Positions 27,601-38,083 of a DNA stretch of 64,000 nt are shown one piece after another. How positions within the stretch are numbered: position 1 is the stretch's first letter; each line of letters begins with the position of its first letter. The translations under genes were made by a program, and so were the position numbers. The notes below the pieces were generated by a model. That model did no database searches, was not told where the DNA came from, and was given only the letters and a program-made list of their open reading frames with translations. Source of the stretch: a virus. The DNA lies in IMG/VR virus record IMGVR_UViG_3300009370_000003. One strand, 5' to 3'.

Positions 27601-30600
27601 CTGTATCGTTCCATACATCTGTGCCCGGCGTTAGTTTAACATTTCCGATAAATGCAAAGACATGATATGGGTTTACATTGATATGTCTTGAAGCTTTGTC
27701 TTGGGTAATAAATGCTGTTTCAGTATAAGGTAATGTAATTAAATCACCAGTCTTTGTATAGTTTGCAGAAGTGCTTGTGTTTAATCCAATATCAAAGAAC
27801 TGTGAATACGATTGAGGTCTTAACATACCCATTGAAGTATCAATAGCACACCTGTAATCAGGGTGATTAACATCACCAATCTTATGTCCTCTAAAATTAT
27901 CTACGAGGAATCCTGATTTGAATCTGTCAAAACCGTCTGCATCTAATATCTGTGCAGATTGCGTGTCTTTCTCTAATAGAGATAGTGAGGTAATCCTTTC
28001 TAAGTTTGTGACTCTGTTATTAATTTTACCAATATCTTTCATAGTATATCGTCTATGGTCAAATGACCTGACTCTAATTCTATCTAAAGACTTGGTATAA
28101 GCTGGTATGTATAACTCAAACATTTCGATTGAGTCGTCAATAGCTTTTGGTTTAGTCGGTGATAGTGAAGGTATACCAGTTGATATCTCAAACATTCCGT
28201 CCTTTTGCAAGAATACTTTATCGATTCTTGAAGTATAGAACTCTATATCTCCAGTTGTAACTACAGTAGGAACTGGTGTATCTAATGCAGACCCACCTGT
28301 TCCAGCAAACTCTTTACTCAAATATTCGAATGGGTCTTTATTAGCTAATAACCCTGTAGATATATTAAAAGGACTTGCTGGGTCAGGAACAGAACTGTGG
28401 ATAGTACCACTAAAAAGCTTTGATACACTTGGCCTATAGTCTACACAATCTGATAATTCGAATTGACCATCGGGTTCTAATCCACCTAGGTCTACTTTGT
28501 TTGGTGAATAAACTGGAATATCTGCATAGTCTATTCCGTCATATGATTTTACATCATAGAATTCACCACCACTTGCTGTGAAGTAATCGAATACTATGAG
28601 TATTGAATTGTTTGGTGAAGGTTCGCCTGGCTTTAATGAAATTTTACCGTGGTCATAATATCCGTCTCTCTGACCATTGTCAAAGAAGTATCTGTCTGTT
28701 ATATTGTCTGAGCCGGGCAGAATTGTTCCTAATGTTGCTATTGCATTTGAAGTCTGACCTACTACACTTTCACCGTCAGTGAAAACATATTTGTTCATGT
28801 AGTAGAAGTATGTTGCAGCTCCACTATTGTATTTGATTATTCTAGCTTTTGCACCACTTGTCTGTCCAATAAGAATTTCCTCTGCTACAGGTGTTCCTGT
28901 AACACTTCCTAATATTGCACTTGGTGGTAATGGTGTTGTCCCACCGATTCCTTCGTAGATACCTCTGACTCCAAAACAGTCTGCAACACCTAATGTAATA
29001 TCTTTATGATTGTATGCAGTTCCATAATCCGTATTAGCTCCATCTGCAGCGTCTACTATTGCACATCTTGATCTCTGTATATGTTTGGTTCTATTTACTG
29101 GTGCATCTAATTTAACTGCATATGATACTATCCATTTACCATTATTACCACCAACAGTGAATGTATATTTTTCACCTGAAACACCGTGTATATCTTTTGT
29201 AGCAGCTGCCCCACCACTGGTTGGGTCTACTTCAGCACCTAGTGTTGAAGACCCGTCTGAATTTGCATCGAAACAAGATATTTGGAAATTGTCTCTAGAT
29301 AATTGTAAGAATGATTCATTATTACCTGTCTCAATCACAATGTCCCCACTTGAAGCAGTAACAACCTTTTGTCGTTTAACTGTTATATCATCAGGGGTAT
29401 GATTTACAATCCAATCTCTCGGCCATGCGAATATAGCTGCAGATTGGTCTTGGTCATAAATCTTAACTCTTCGTCTATATGCATTTGAATTTGATAATAC
29501 ACCAACACCCGAAGTTGCAACTGTTTGAGCTGCAATATTACTTGTGACTGTTGCAATTACTTGTTCTGCATTTGCACCGTCAAGAATTACATCTCCTTCT
29601 TTTAATTCTGCCGTAAATCTACTTCCTAGACCTGAAACATTACCATTAGCTGCAATAGATACTGTTCCTGATAATACTTGATCATCATCTTCAACAACAT
29701 CTGCAGTAAAGTCTGCTTCATTACTTGGCCTTTCTTGACCTATACCTCTTACACGGTCTATATTATATGACCTAACTTGGTTTGCAATACCTCTAAAGTT
29801 TTCACCTACGACTGTGCTAGCAAAGTCTCCGTCACCTGTTGTGGCTAGCACATCACCGTGGACGAATTGACCTACTACATCATGGACATAGAGTGCGTCT
29901 GAACCATTGTCATATGCAACGATACCAGTTGCACCACTTGTTCCACCAGTGACTTTATCACCAGCATCTGCAGTTCCAGTATGAGAACTATATTTAAGCT
30001 TGGTAAACATTTTTACATCAAACAGATATAAGTTTACTCCGTCTTCTGCACTTCCTGAATCGTCATTTGAATCGATATATCTAACTCTTGCAAAACCGAT
30101 ATGGTCTCCTGAACCTAAATTCCCAGCAGTTAATGTAGTTGGGAATAGCTCACATACCTGAAAAGGAGTTATCGTTCCATCTCCTGATTCATTACCAAAA
30201 CTTGGGAAACCAAAGCAGTTTTCTACTTTAATATAGTTTCCTAATCTTGTTGGTGTTTTCGCACCTGAGGCTGATATAGTTGTTCTTGCCTTTTGGATAT
30301 TTAAGTTTGTAGTTCCAATCTTATCAATTTCATAACCTTTAACATATGCCTTGCCTGGCGATACCTGTAGAATAAATTTACTCTCGTCACCACCTTGGGC
30401 TTTAAGATAAAATCCTCTGTTAGTTGTATCGTCTAAATGTTCTCTTAAACTATGAGTGAATTGTTGTGTAACAAAGTCACCGTTTGCATCGAATGTTCTT
30501 CGTGCAAGTGTATTTTCTATTTCTGTGTATATTGGTCTGACTGTTTTTAATTCAATCATACCTTTATTAACTCTGACTAATTCAATAAAGTTTGCATCTT

Positions 30601-31417
30601 CTGTAGAGGTTAATACATATTTTGAAAGAGTTAATGAAAATTTAAATCTATCTGCACCCGAAGCGTTCTCATTTGAGCTACCTGTTGCATTATCGTATAA
30701 ACTTTTATCCTCAGCAGTTGATATCAATTCTTCTTTAATTGTTAAACCAACTCTATATGAAGGTTTTGCGTTATATTTTTCTAAGATTAATAATTGTTTG
30801 TCAACCTTACAAAAATACCCTCTAATGTATACAACACCTTCTGAAATATTTGCAATAGAACAACGACCTAAAGGCGTTTCTGTTTCCGCTTCAACCGTGA
30901 AGTCATTATTACTTGTGGTATCTTCTGTTACTACACCACTTGCATCAAATCCACACTTAACAAGAGTTTCTCCTGCTGAGAATCCAAATGAATTGTTTGC
31001 GTCTGTTCCTTGTCTTTCTAGTCTTACGAAAAGAGTAAGTTTATCTGTAGTTGTTTCAGCAGTTGAGTGTATAACCTTTGCAACAACACCTGTTGTTTGA
31101 CCTACGAGATACTCTCCATGATAAAGAGCCCGATAAGATTCAGCAGCTGGGTCACCCAATTCATTCGGGTTAGCTGTTTTAACTTTAACATAATAGAGGT
31201 CAAAGTCTACATCGGATTGAGCCCCTGTGACGATTGACCCTTCTTCAAAGAAGTGATTACTAAATCTCTCTATCTGATTTTGTAAGATAGATTGTGTTTG
31301 AGTTAGTTCTCTTGCCTGTAATGGTCTTCCAGCTCTATATAGAACCTTATGAAAGTTTTTATCCTGACTGTAGTCGTCATAATAGGGTGATATATTTAAA
31401 TCAGTCTTCTCTGCCAT
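24674..31417 (-). CDS. Large virion structural protein (DUF4815 / VrlC-like)
   Basis: LNISPYYDDY...QARELTQ.Q, RRYTMKDIG, RFKSGFLVDNF, DPLAQSF, SQNASTWT. Confidence 0.88.
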   Translation of the reverse strand: MAEKTDLNISPYYDDYSQDKNFHKVLYRAGRPLQARELTQTQSILQNQIERFSNHFFEEGSIVTGAQSDVDFDLYYVKVKTANPNELGDPAAESYRALYHGEYLVGQTTGVVAKVIHSTAETTTDKLTLFVRLERQGTDANNSFGFSAGETLVKCGFDASGVVTEDTTSNNDFTVEAETETPLGRCSIANISEGVVYIRGYFCKVDKQLLILEKYNAKPSYRVGLTIKEELISTAEDKSLYDNATGSSNENASGADRFKFSLTLSKYVLTSTEDANFIELVRVNKGMIELKTVRPIYTEIENTLARRTFDANGDFVTQQFTHSLREHLDDTTNRGFYLKAQGGDESKFILQVSPGKAYVKGYEIDKIGTTNLNIQKARTTISASGAKTPTRLGNYIKVENCFGFPSFGNESGDGTITPFQVCELFPTTLTAGNLGSGDHIGFARVRYIDSNDDSGSAEDGVNLYLFDVKMFTKLKYSSHTGTADAGDKVTGGTSGATGIVAYDNGSDALYVHDVVGQFVHGDVLATTGDGDFASTVVGENFRGIANQVRSYNIDRVRGIGQERPSNEADFTADVVEDDDQVLSGTVSIAANGNVSGLGSRFTAELKEGDVILDGANAEQVIATVTSNIAAQTVATSGVGVLSNSNAYRRRVKIYDQDQSAAIFAWPRDWIVNHTPDDITVKRQKVVTASSGDIVIETGNNESFLQLSRDNFQISCFDANSDGSSTLGAEVDPTSGGAAATKDIHGVSGEKYTFTVGGNNGKWIVSYAVKLDAPVNRTKHIQRSRCAIVDAADGANTDYGTAYNHKDITLGVADCFGVRGIYEGIGGTTPLPPSAILGSVTGTPVAEEILIGQTSGAKARIIKYNSGAATYFYYMNKYVFTDGESVVGQTSNAIATLGTILPGSDNITDRYFFDNGQRDGYYDHGKISLKPGEPSPNNSILIVFDYFTASGGEFYDVKSYDGIDYADIPVYSPNKVDLGGLEPDGQFELSDCVDYRPSVSKLFSGTIHSSVPDPASPFNISTGLLANKDPFEYLSKEFAGTGGSALDTPVPTVVTTGDIEFYTSRIDKVFLQKDGMFEISTGIPSLSPTKPKAIDDSIEMFELYIPAYTKSLDRIRVRSFDHRRYTMKDIGKINNRVTNLERITSLSLLEKDTQSAQILDADGFDRFKSGFLVDNFRGHKIGDVNHPDYRCAIDTSMGMLRPQSYSQFFDIGLNTSTSANYTKTGDLITLPYTETAFITQDKASRHINVNPYHVFAFIGNVKLTPGTDVWNDTERLPDVRVNREGNYDAVMADVGNSLGTVWNSWQTSWVGEPATVSTEVQSTSSGQWAGDPTQGGTWLAGETVTREITETPEIQTRTGLTTSVVEDFVETRNDRVVAVTLIPFMRARTIEIDATNLKPNTNHFFFFDGIRVDNYVRPFSATYSTNTTTTVADGLKSDGNGRLRGYFELPNTDIQAFPVGMRELKLTSSFYNLSNPPSMGSAVYQAQGLMASSQTEITSTRNGRVISQLTEGERSQTRRGERINMSPSDTVAPDIPVDTTPIPIPTPIADPQPDPITVVIDDTPVVIPLPPEVIAVPPAPPILFDPPVITFPVPPPVVVIPPIASFEPNIEDFWIGPGSFLERGWADPLAQSFLVEAAGGMMLTSVDVYFQAKDTHMPVSVEIRTMVNGYPAQTVLPFSTVTKNPADVNISSDGATATTFTFDSPVMVEEKKEYALVVYSNSNEYECWISRMGETDIISSQQISGQPYAGSLFLSQNASTWTAEQTDDMKFTMKVANFDTSKVASLYFENGDLELSKLAKNPIQTTLGSNTVKISSYMHGHYDTGSNVQVKGIVGDRLGSVLEVESAALGSGTATNGTYTARAQDLTNGTGSGLKLKVVIASNAISSIEIEDPGQGHAVGNTITFQDFDHATDGSGSVDLTVNVKTIGETLGGLPVDAIGGASTITYTGVSDMGIDSFNVAVDMSSYIAANKFVSGYTALESTTGGGEEVTSSRNYYFDCLHTMIPSTQVGSSKIIASTESTAMKAPEGHIATGDTAYTRRSENNFITLNDNSFLDSPGIVASKINEDNEMSSVRSFRLLLQMYSLNNTISPVIDVGTIGCLAIGNRLNTIDSSADVPTGVTYSASTEPEGDNNAMVYVTRKVNLKTPATTLKVIADNFRPPNTELKFMYKIIKADESTPLDDIGFEYFNTTGAPDKAIEVDQKNFKEYEYTAEDLPEFSSFVVKIVGQGNNTCVVPSVSALRCMALA

Positions 31418-31478
31418 AGTTTACTCTTTTAATCTGTTTATGTCCATTGGGACAAATTTTAAACGGATGTAAACTTAA

Positions 31479-32915
31479 TTACATCTGTATGATCAGTTTG
31501 ATATCTTCAATCTGATCGGCTGCTCTCGTTACGGCACCCCTATTCTCAACATACATGATGTTACCTGAATATTTAACTATTTCGGGGAATGCTGCATCAA
31601 CACTTGATACTGTTCCTTGGCTACCAGATGGTAGATAAACATTATCGTTGGTTGCAAAATTAACATATCCACCAGCACTATTTGCTTGTGGTATATGTGA
31701 AACAACATTTCCTGTTATAGAAACGACTCTTGACACTGCAACACCAGCACCATCGGTGCTAGCATCTTTAATTATATCATCAACTTTTATACTTCCAAGT
31801 GCTGACAGTGTCATTTGATGATAACATGCATAATTACTAGCAGTCGCAACTGTCGTTCCACTTGAGAATGGGTCTTGAATCAAACCAATTCTTCGGAAGT
31901 CGTTATCAGTTGGGAAGTCACCAGCACCTTCTGCAAACTCTAATCTAGAGTTTACCAATACATAGTTTCCACCTAATTCTTCAACTGGGTTAGCACCATG
32001 TCCATATAATGGAGATATAATTGGAACCACTACTGCTTCTGTTGATGGTGTTCCAGCACCTAGTCCTGAACCGACATCAATAGTAGCTCTTTTGTATCCC
32101 GTTCCATTATCTGTTACGGTCACATGAGATATAGCCCCTGAAGCATTCACATGAACTGTAACCTCTCCATCTGCACCGTCACCAAGAATAACTTTACTGG
32201 TATAATTACCTGTGGTGTATCCAGCTCCTCCACTAACTACTTTAACATGAAGAATTCCGCCATCTATAGCATTGGATTCTACATCCCATTGTGCAGTGGT
32301 GTCGTCAGCGACTCCACCTAATTCGGTCTTTGCACCAATGGTTTTAACGGGAATAAAATCGCTAGTAACAAACTTAATTGTATCGGCAGCTGATACAGTA
32401 GTTATGTACTTCCAAAGATATCCTCGTCCAGTTCCAGCACCAGTATCACTGGTTGAAACTAAAGCAGTTGCACTGGTTCCAGTAGGTTTAACAGTTGATG
32501 CAACGGTTGACCCGTTATCGGCTCTTCCTGTTCTAATGCATTTGTAAATATTATATTCGTCTGTAATCACATAAAAATTTGAATCATACAAGTTAGAAGC
32601 TGCTGCTGATCCTGATGAAACAGAACTCGCACTGATTTGGTGGTCATACTCATCATAAATTGTTCCTGTAGTCCAGTTCTTTCTTGAAACTGCATGTGTA
32701 ACATCAGCAGTAGCAACTTTCTTCATTGCTATCATGTCTGAATATGCATCGTATTCCTCACCAGTTGAATTTGCTGGTGTAGGTGGTGAGGTATCGTCTG
32801 TCCAAGGGAAAGACCTACCTATAAACATAAAAGTTGAAGAAGCGGATTCTCCAAAGTCCTCTATGAATTGTTTAGCACTATGTGTCCTAAACTTTTCGGT
32901 TATAATTGCTGCCAT
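31479..32915 (-). CDS. gp8: Baseplate wedge subunit
   Basis: MAAIITEKFR, YKCI, GYLWKY, NDFRRIGLI.DP, YVENR...TRA.DQ.EDIKLI. Confidence 0.9.
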   Translation of the reverse strand: MAAIITEKFRTHSAKQFIEDFGESASSTFMFIGRSFPWTDDTSPPTPANSTGEEYDAYSDMIAMKKVATADVTHAVSRKNWTTGTIYDEYDHQISASSVSSGSAAASNLYDSNFYVITDEYNIYKCIRTGRADNGSTVASTVKPTGTSATALVSTSDTGAGTGRGYLWKYITTVSAADTIKFVTSDFIPVKTIGAKTELGGVADDTTAQWDVESNAIDGGILHVKVVSGGAGYTTGNYTSKVILGDGADGEVTVHVNASGAISHVTVTDNGTGYKRATIDVGSGLGAGTPSTEAVVVPIISPLYGHGANPVEELGGNYVLVNSRLEFAEGAGDFPTDNDFRRIGLIQDPFSSGTTVATASNYACYHQMTLSALGSIKVDDIIKDASTDGAGVAVSRVVSITGNVVSHIPQANSAGGYVNFATNDNVYLPSGSQGTVSSVDAAFPEIVKYSGNIMYVENRGAVTRAADQIEDIKLIIQM

Positions 32916-32940
32916 TTTAAATCTCCGTTAATCTATAGAT

Positions 32941-32959
32941 TATTTATATACTATTTATA
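32941..32959 (-). promoter_or_regulatory. Tandem late promoters (TATAAATA x2) upstream of gp8
   Basis: Plus-strand tatttata at 32941-32948 and 32952-32959. Confidence 0.7.
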
Positions 32960-35900
32960 AAGAACTCAAAGTTGAATTCGTAATATTTGAGGAAATTACA
33001 TAGGAACCCCATGTAATGTCTGTCCTCCTGTTCTCTTTAAGGTCAAAATTCTTCATTCGGTAGTTCGGTAAGAACGAATCCATGTCTGAAATTGTTAACC
33101 CACTATGTTTAGATGTTTCCATTAGAACTGCACTTAAACCGCCATCGATATAATTCGGAGACGATCCTCCAACATCATCAGGGTGAGGGACACCACTTTC
33201 CAAGATGATTCTATCTTCTTCGGTGTTTGTGGTATCCTTTGCATCTGTCGTGTGTAAAACACCATCGTTATTCAACAAGTAATATGATATATCATAAGTT
33301 TGTTGTTCACTTATTTTATTTATGTCACCAATGGTAGAACCAAAGGGAACATATGAAGTAATTGTTGAGCCTTCTGTTCTCTCGTCAAGTAAAGCTCCAC
33401 CATCTTCCAATTCAATGGAATTAAGTGTAAAGTTAGAAGAGTTTGTAACTCTTTCAGTTGCAAGATATTCAATAGCACCACTATGAGTAATAGTTGCGTC
33501 CTCTAATGCCATTGTAAATCCGTCTTCTGTAATAAAAGTCCCACCATATATTGAACCACTTTCGCCTTCTTCTCTTAAATGATTATAATCATCTGCATCG
33601 TCTATAATAAATTTACTGTATCCGTCTTCTAATACTATCCATTCTTCTTCCAAAGTTTGGTGCATACCAGCTGGTAATACAATTCCTGACTCTGCCATTC
33701 TGAATCTCCCTTCGAGTCTTTCGTATGGACTATGAGAAGGATTGTTTACATTATCAATACTTAATGATGTGTGTGTATTTCCTGTGTAATTTGTTATCGT
33801 ACCACCCATACCACTATGATTTGTGCAAAAATAGTATAATGTAGTAGGTGTTGAAGAAGAAGTTGTAATTTGTGTATGAGTAGTGCCGTAGCTAACTCCT
33901 GTCGTATATGTTCCACCACTATTATGTGAACCATCAGGCGTTACTGAAAATCTAAATGGGTGAGTTGACGATGAAGTAAAGTAATATGTTTTATCTCTTT
34001 CCAATTCTAAATGCTTATTTCTTACACCATTAACTTTAAAGACATTTTGAGAACCATTGTTCTCTACTTCTACAGATACACTTACACCTTGTGGATTTGT
34101 ATCTATTCTCATTGGGGTGCTAACTATAGCATTTGCAATAGACTCAAGTATTCGAATATTAAATCTTCTTTGTCCATAACTATCATCTAATGAAGAGGGG
34201 CCGAATCTCGGCTCGCCTTCGGGAGCAACTACAACTGTTGTTCCATCTACACCATTTCCTACAAATGGGTGTGTATTTCCTATTAACGATTCATCAAAAC
34301 CGATTAGGGTAGCTAATTCCTCGTTTGCAAGTCTATCTTGTAATAGGAAGTGACCACCTAGGTCTTGGCCAGAAGTAGCTTCATTTACAATTACTTCTCC
34401 AGCCTCTGTAATAAATGTAGAAGTTTCCGTAGAATATATCTCCCACTCGTTTAAGTATTCGGTTATTGCATTTATATCAGGAGCGTCTTCCAATATCATA
34501 TGATTCTTATCTGCCCAATATAGGAAAGCACCAGTTTCAGGGTGATAAACTTCCGTTGAAGTTTCTAAAATGATATTAGACTCGTCATCTCTCCTATCTC
34601 CTACATAACCACTTGCAGGCGAGTCAACATTAAAGCCTGTGCCTGTTCCGTATTCTTCAATATCAATATGATAAGTTGGGAACCCGTGTATTATAATTGT
34701 TGGTAAGAAGTTAAATCTTTTAGTTCTTTCAAATCCTACTACATTTGTTAATTCATCAAAAGGATTTACAAATTCTTTAACTGCAACTTCACCAAAGAAG
34801 ATATGCCCAGCTGGGTGAACTAAATCTTTAACAACATGTCTCCACTTGTTAATAGACTCACCAACCCTGACAACATATGAATGAGTTTGATATAACCAGC
34901 CGTCATGTAAATTAGAAGCAGATTCATCTAATGTGGATTCACTGGTTACTAACTGTCTTTGAATTGTTCCTTCACCACCAACTTTTCCTCTTGCTTGGAA
35001 TGGGTTAAATTTTAAACAAGTAAATTTGTCTATATTATTATAGTCACATACTTCGTTATCAAGGAAATGACCGTCTAGTGTATCAAATGTTAATACATGT
35101 GTGTTTGGATCATATTTTTTAACTCTACCTGTCGACCCTGTTATCGCTCCTGTAAAAGTTAAATTGGTAGTTAAAGTAGCTGTTGGTGTAGACACCAACA
35201 TTTTAAACATAGAAGTTGAGTGTAATGATTGGTTATTTTTATAGTTATAACCTTGGGCTTGAATATTAAGTGAACCAACACCACCAATTTCATCTGAATA
35301 TGCAACAAGTTTTGCACCTGTTCCACTTGAGACTGCACATTGAACTGCTGTATTTGCAACCTCACTTGTTCCACCAGTGATAACCTCTCCAGCAAGTGTA
35401 AATTGATTTACATCTGTATGTGTTCTTTTAACTATTATTCTTTTATTCTCTAAATCTATTCTTACAATAGTTGCAGTTGCACTTGAAGTTGCACCAGTGA
35501 CAACCTCTCCTTCAAGATATCCTTGTCGTCTGTTTAATGTGTCATACCATACTATATCGGTTGCTTTGTCAAAATAAATATACCCGCCGGGAAAACATTG
35601 AGGTAGTTCTGAATACCCTGTGCCTGGCGAAGTGATTACAACATTTCTGATATATGATTCTGTTGTATTAAGTTGTATTCTTTGTCCGTCTTCGTATAAT
35701 ACATTATTAAAGGCTGTATAGATTTCTATAATATGTCCAGCTGTTCGCCCGTTGACGAATGTAACTCTATCGTTTTTGAATGTGTAATCTGTGTATGGGA
35801 CTTGTAAAACTCCGTTGTCAAATACCTTAACCGAGTTATCATTAAATAAAATTCTTTTTCCGTTATCGTCTTTACCCTTGAAAAGAGTTTGGTTTGCTGT

Positions 35901-37535
35901 TGCAGTTATTTGAAACTGTCCCCATTCAGTTCTATTCTCAAGGTGAGCAACATCTTCTATTGCACCGATAACCCCTTCTGCAGCGTTTCCGTCTGCATTC
36001 GAATTATCAAATACAACTAAGTCCCCGCCATTGTATCCTGTTCCACCGTCTTCAACATAGACTTTATCTACTCCACCCCTTCTTAGTCCGTTGACAACAC
36101 CAAAGGATAATACTGTATCTCTTCCACTCTTACCACTCGTAAACTCTAATCTATCATTTAAGGAATACATAGAACCAAAACTTTGGTGTTCGTTTAGTAA
36201 ACCTCCTGATATAGTGTCATTAAAGTAATCTACATTCTCAGCCGTAGCTGAACCGTTTGCAGTTAATGTTGCATTAGTATCATCTTCGATACTTGCTATT
36301 ACATTTGTATATTTTGTATTGCCTACTTTATATGCAACGGTATCTCCAACCTTAAAGTCTGATAAGAATCTAGCACCAGCTGCACCTATTAATTTTTTAT
36401 CAGTGGTTGAAGTTGTTATATTTCCTTTACCCTGTATACTTTCTAACAGTATACTGTCTCCGTCTTCCTGTGCTACATAAATTGACGATTCTGTTTCGTC
36501 ATAATCAGATAGAATACCTTTAACTCTTCCAGTGACCTTGGTCACTCCGTCTCTATCTACAAATGTGCAAGGCCACTCATGGATAAATGTTCCAAAGTGG
36601 TTTTTTGTAATCTCTAATGAGTATTCTGCTCTTTGTGCGCTCGTTGTTGAAATATCGTAAACATTCTCTACGATTGATTCGGCTATAATTGTGACCCCGT
36701 CTAATTCATATTGAACCACCTTATCAGTTGAACTTGGACGAGTTTTAACATCGTCCATGACAACTGCAATTCTTCTTTGGTCATTATATCCTGACTCTGA
36801 TACTTGGATTGTTTCGTCTATAGGATATCTAATCTCTGCGTCCATGCCATACAGGAATCGCAGTAATAATTCTAATGATTGTTTTGTTCCTTTAGATTGA
36901 TAAAGGCCACTAATGTTTTTAATCGTTAGTCTTGCGTCTTTAGTGTCGTCTATGTCTAACGAAGGTATGAAATCTTTTTGGAAGTAATCTAAAAATTCTT
37001 CCGTTGTCTGATCAACATCTGAATAATTCAGTAGTTGATTGTTTGCAAGGATAGTATTATGTTTATATGTTTTAACTACACCAGTTTGTTTACCTTGCCT
37101 ACTGGTAACCGTTTCACCTGCGTCAAATCCATTTCCTTGGATTGTTTCTAGATATAAAGTATTACCATTAATTAATAGTATCTTTGCAACTGTTTCAGTT
37201 CCTACCCACTCACCTAGAATCCACTTCCCGCCGACAATATAGTCTCCGACTTGAAAAGGATTCTTGTCTGGCATTTCATATAATAATTTAGAAGTTGCAC
37301 TATCAGGTGATGGGTGAACGGTTGCTGGTTCTACGAGAAGATAACCTAAGTCATCTTCAAGTAGAATTTCGTCCAGCTCCCCTTGAGATTCGAGAACTAA
37401 TATCTCTGCTTCAAGGAATTCGAAGTATGCCTTTAGGAACTGCTCAAATATTGGTGCGTCTTCCTGAATAAAATCAGGGACTAGAGTGGATATCCTATCA
37501 GATAACCTATCAATATTGAACGCGTCCTTAGCCAT
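32955..37535 (-). CDS. gp7: Baseplate wedge initiator (gp7-like)
   Basis: VPDFIQED...FLKAYFEFLE, LYQSKGT, YQTHSYVV, LVHPAG..FFGE; lies between gp6 and gp8. Confidence 0.8.
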   Translation of the reverse strand: MAKDAFNIDRLSDRISTLVPDFIQEDAPIFEQFLKAYFEFLEAEILVLESQGELDEILLEDDLGYLLVEPATVHPSPDSATSKLLYEMPDKNPFQVGDYIVGGKWILGEWVGTETVAKILLINGNTLYLETIQGNGFDAGETVTSRQGKQTGVVKTYKHNTILANNQLLNYSDVDQTTEEFLDYFQKDFIPSLDIDDTKDARLTIKNISGLYQSKGTKQSLELLLRFLYGMDAEIRYPIDETIQVSESGYNDQRRIAVVMDDVKTRPSSTDKVVQYELDGVTIIAESIVENVYDISTTSAQRAEYSLEITKNHFGTFIHEWPCTFVDRDGVTKVTGRVKGILSDYDETESSIYVAQEDGDSILLESIQGKGNITTSTTDKKLIGAAGARFLSDFKVGDTVAYKVGNTKYTNVIASIEDDTNATLTANGSATAENVDYFNDTISGGLLNEHQSFGSMYSLNDRLEFTSGKSGRDTVLSFGVVNGLRRGGVDKVYVEDGGTGYNGGDLVVFDNSNADGNAAEGVIGAIEDVAHLENRTEWGQFQITATANQTLFKGKDDNGKRILFNDNSVKVFDNGVLQVPYTDYTFKNDRVTFVNGRTAGHIIEIYTAFNNVLYEDGQRIQLNTTESYIRNVVITSPGTGYSELPQCFPGGYIYFDKATDIVWYDTLNRRQGYLEGEVVTGATSSATATIVRIDLENKRIIVKRTHTDVNQFTLAGEVITGGTSEVANTAVQCAVSSGTGAKLVAYSDEIGGVGSLNIQAQGYNYKNNQSLHSTSMFKMLVSTPTATLTTNLTFTGAITGSTGRVKKYDPNTHVLTFDTLDGHFLDNEVCDYNNIDKFTCLKFNPFQARGKVGGEGTIQRQLVTSESTLDESASNLHDGWLYQTHSYVVRVGESINKWRHVVKDLVHPAGHIFFGEVAVKEFVNPFDELTNVVGFERTKRFNFLPTIIIHGFPTYHIDIEEYGTGTGFNVDSPASGYVGDRRDDESNIILETSTEVYHPETGAFLYWADKNHMILEDAPDINAITEYLNEWEIYSTETSTFITEAGEVIVNEATSGQDLGGHFLLQDRLANEELATLIGFDESLIGNTHPFVGNGVDGTTVVVAPEGEPRFGPSSLDDSYGQRRFNIRILESIANAIVSTPMRIDTNPQGVSVSVEVENNGSQNVFKVNGVRNKHLELERDKTYYFTSSSTHPFRFSVTPDGSHNSGGTYTTGVSYGTTHTQITTSSSTPTTLYYFCTNHSGMGGTITNYTGNTHTSLSIDNVNNPSHSPYERLEGRFRMAESGIVLPAGMHQTLEEEWIVLEDGYSKFIIDDADDYNHLREEGESGSIYGGTFITEDGFTMALEDATITHSGAIEYLATERVTNSSNFTLNSIELEDGGALLDERTEGSTITSYVPFGSTIGDINKISEQQTYDISYYLLNNDGVLHTTDAKDTTNTEEDRIILESGVPHPDDVGGSSPNYIDGGLSAVLMETSKHSGLTISDMDSFLPNYRMKNFDLKENRRTDITWGSYVISSNITNSTLSSL

Positions 37536-37543
37536 AATTCTTA

Positions 37544-38011
37544 TTAAGCGATTGTGCCACCTATGTTAGTCAATAAGTTCCAGCCACCTAATGAAGAACC
37601 CAACCACACTAAGACACAAGCATCGCCCTTGTCTGTAAATGTGATAGTTGTTCCATTATTAAATGTGCCAGGCGTTAATACTACATCATGAGTTGAAGCT
37701 GGGTCAGTCGCAATCACTACGATTTTAATTTCTCCAGCATCACTTGAATCAGATAGACTCAATGCCAAGTTAGCTGAGATACTATCAGCATCTACAGCAA
37801 TAATACCACCATCATTAATATTTCCTGACGCATTCACCGTAGTGATGTCATTAATTGCTAAATGAGTTGGTATATTTTCAAAAAGACTTGAAATTGCAAG
37901 TCTCTTGTTTACAGGTGTTCCTGACGGGTCATCAACAACATGAAGAATATCAGTTGCTGAAACCTCGGAACCTGCCATTACGGTCAAAGCCGTTATTTTT
38001 TTATCTGCCAT
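37544..38011 (-). CDS. Hypothetical structural protein
   Basis: [11 protein letters not shown]-terminus, beta-rich composition, strong RBS. Confidence 0.6.
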   Translation of the reverse strand: MADKKITALTVMAGSEVSATDILHVVDDPSGTPVNKRLAISSLFENIPTHLAINDITTVNASGNINDGGIIAVDADSISANLALSLSDSSDAGEIKIVVIATDPASTHDVVLTPGTFNNGTTITFTDKGDACVLVWLGSSLGGWNLLTNIGGTIA

Positions 38012-38083
38012 TTTATTTTCCTCCTAAAATCCAAATAAATGGGAAACTACTCGGGGGACTCCCGACCACTTTATACATTTTTA

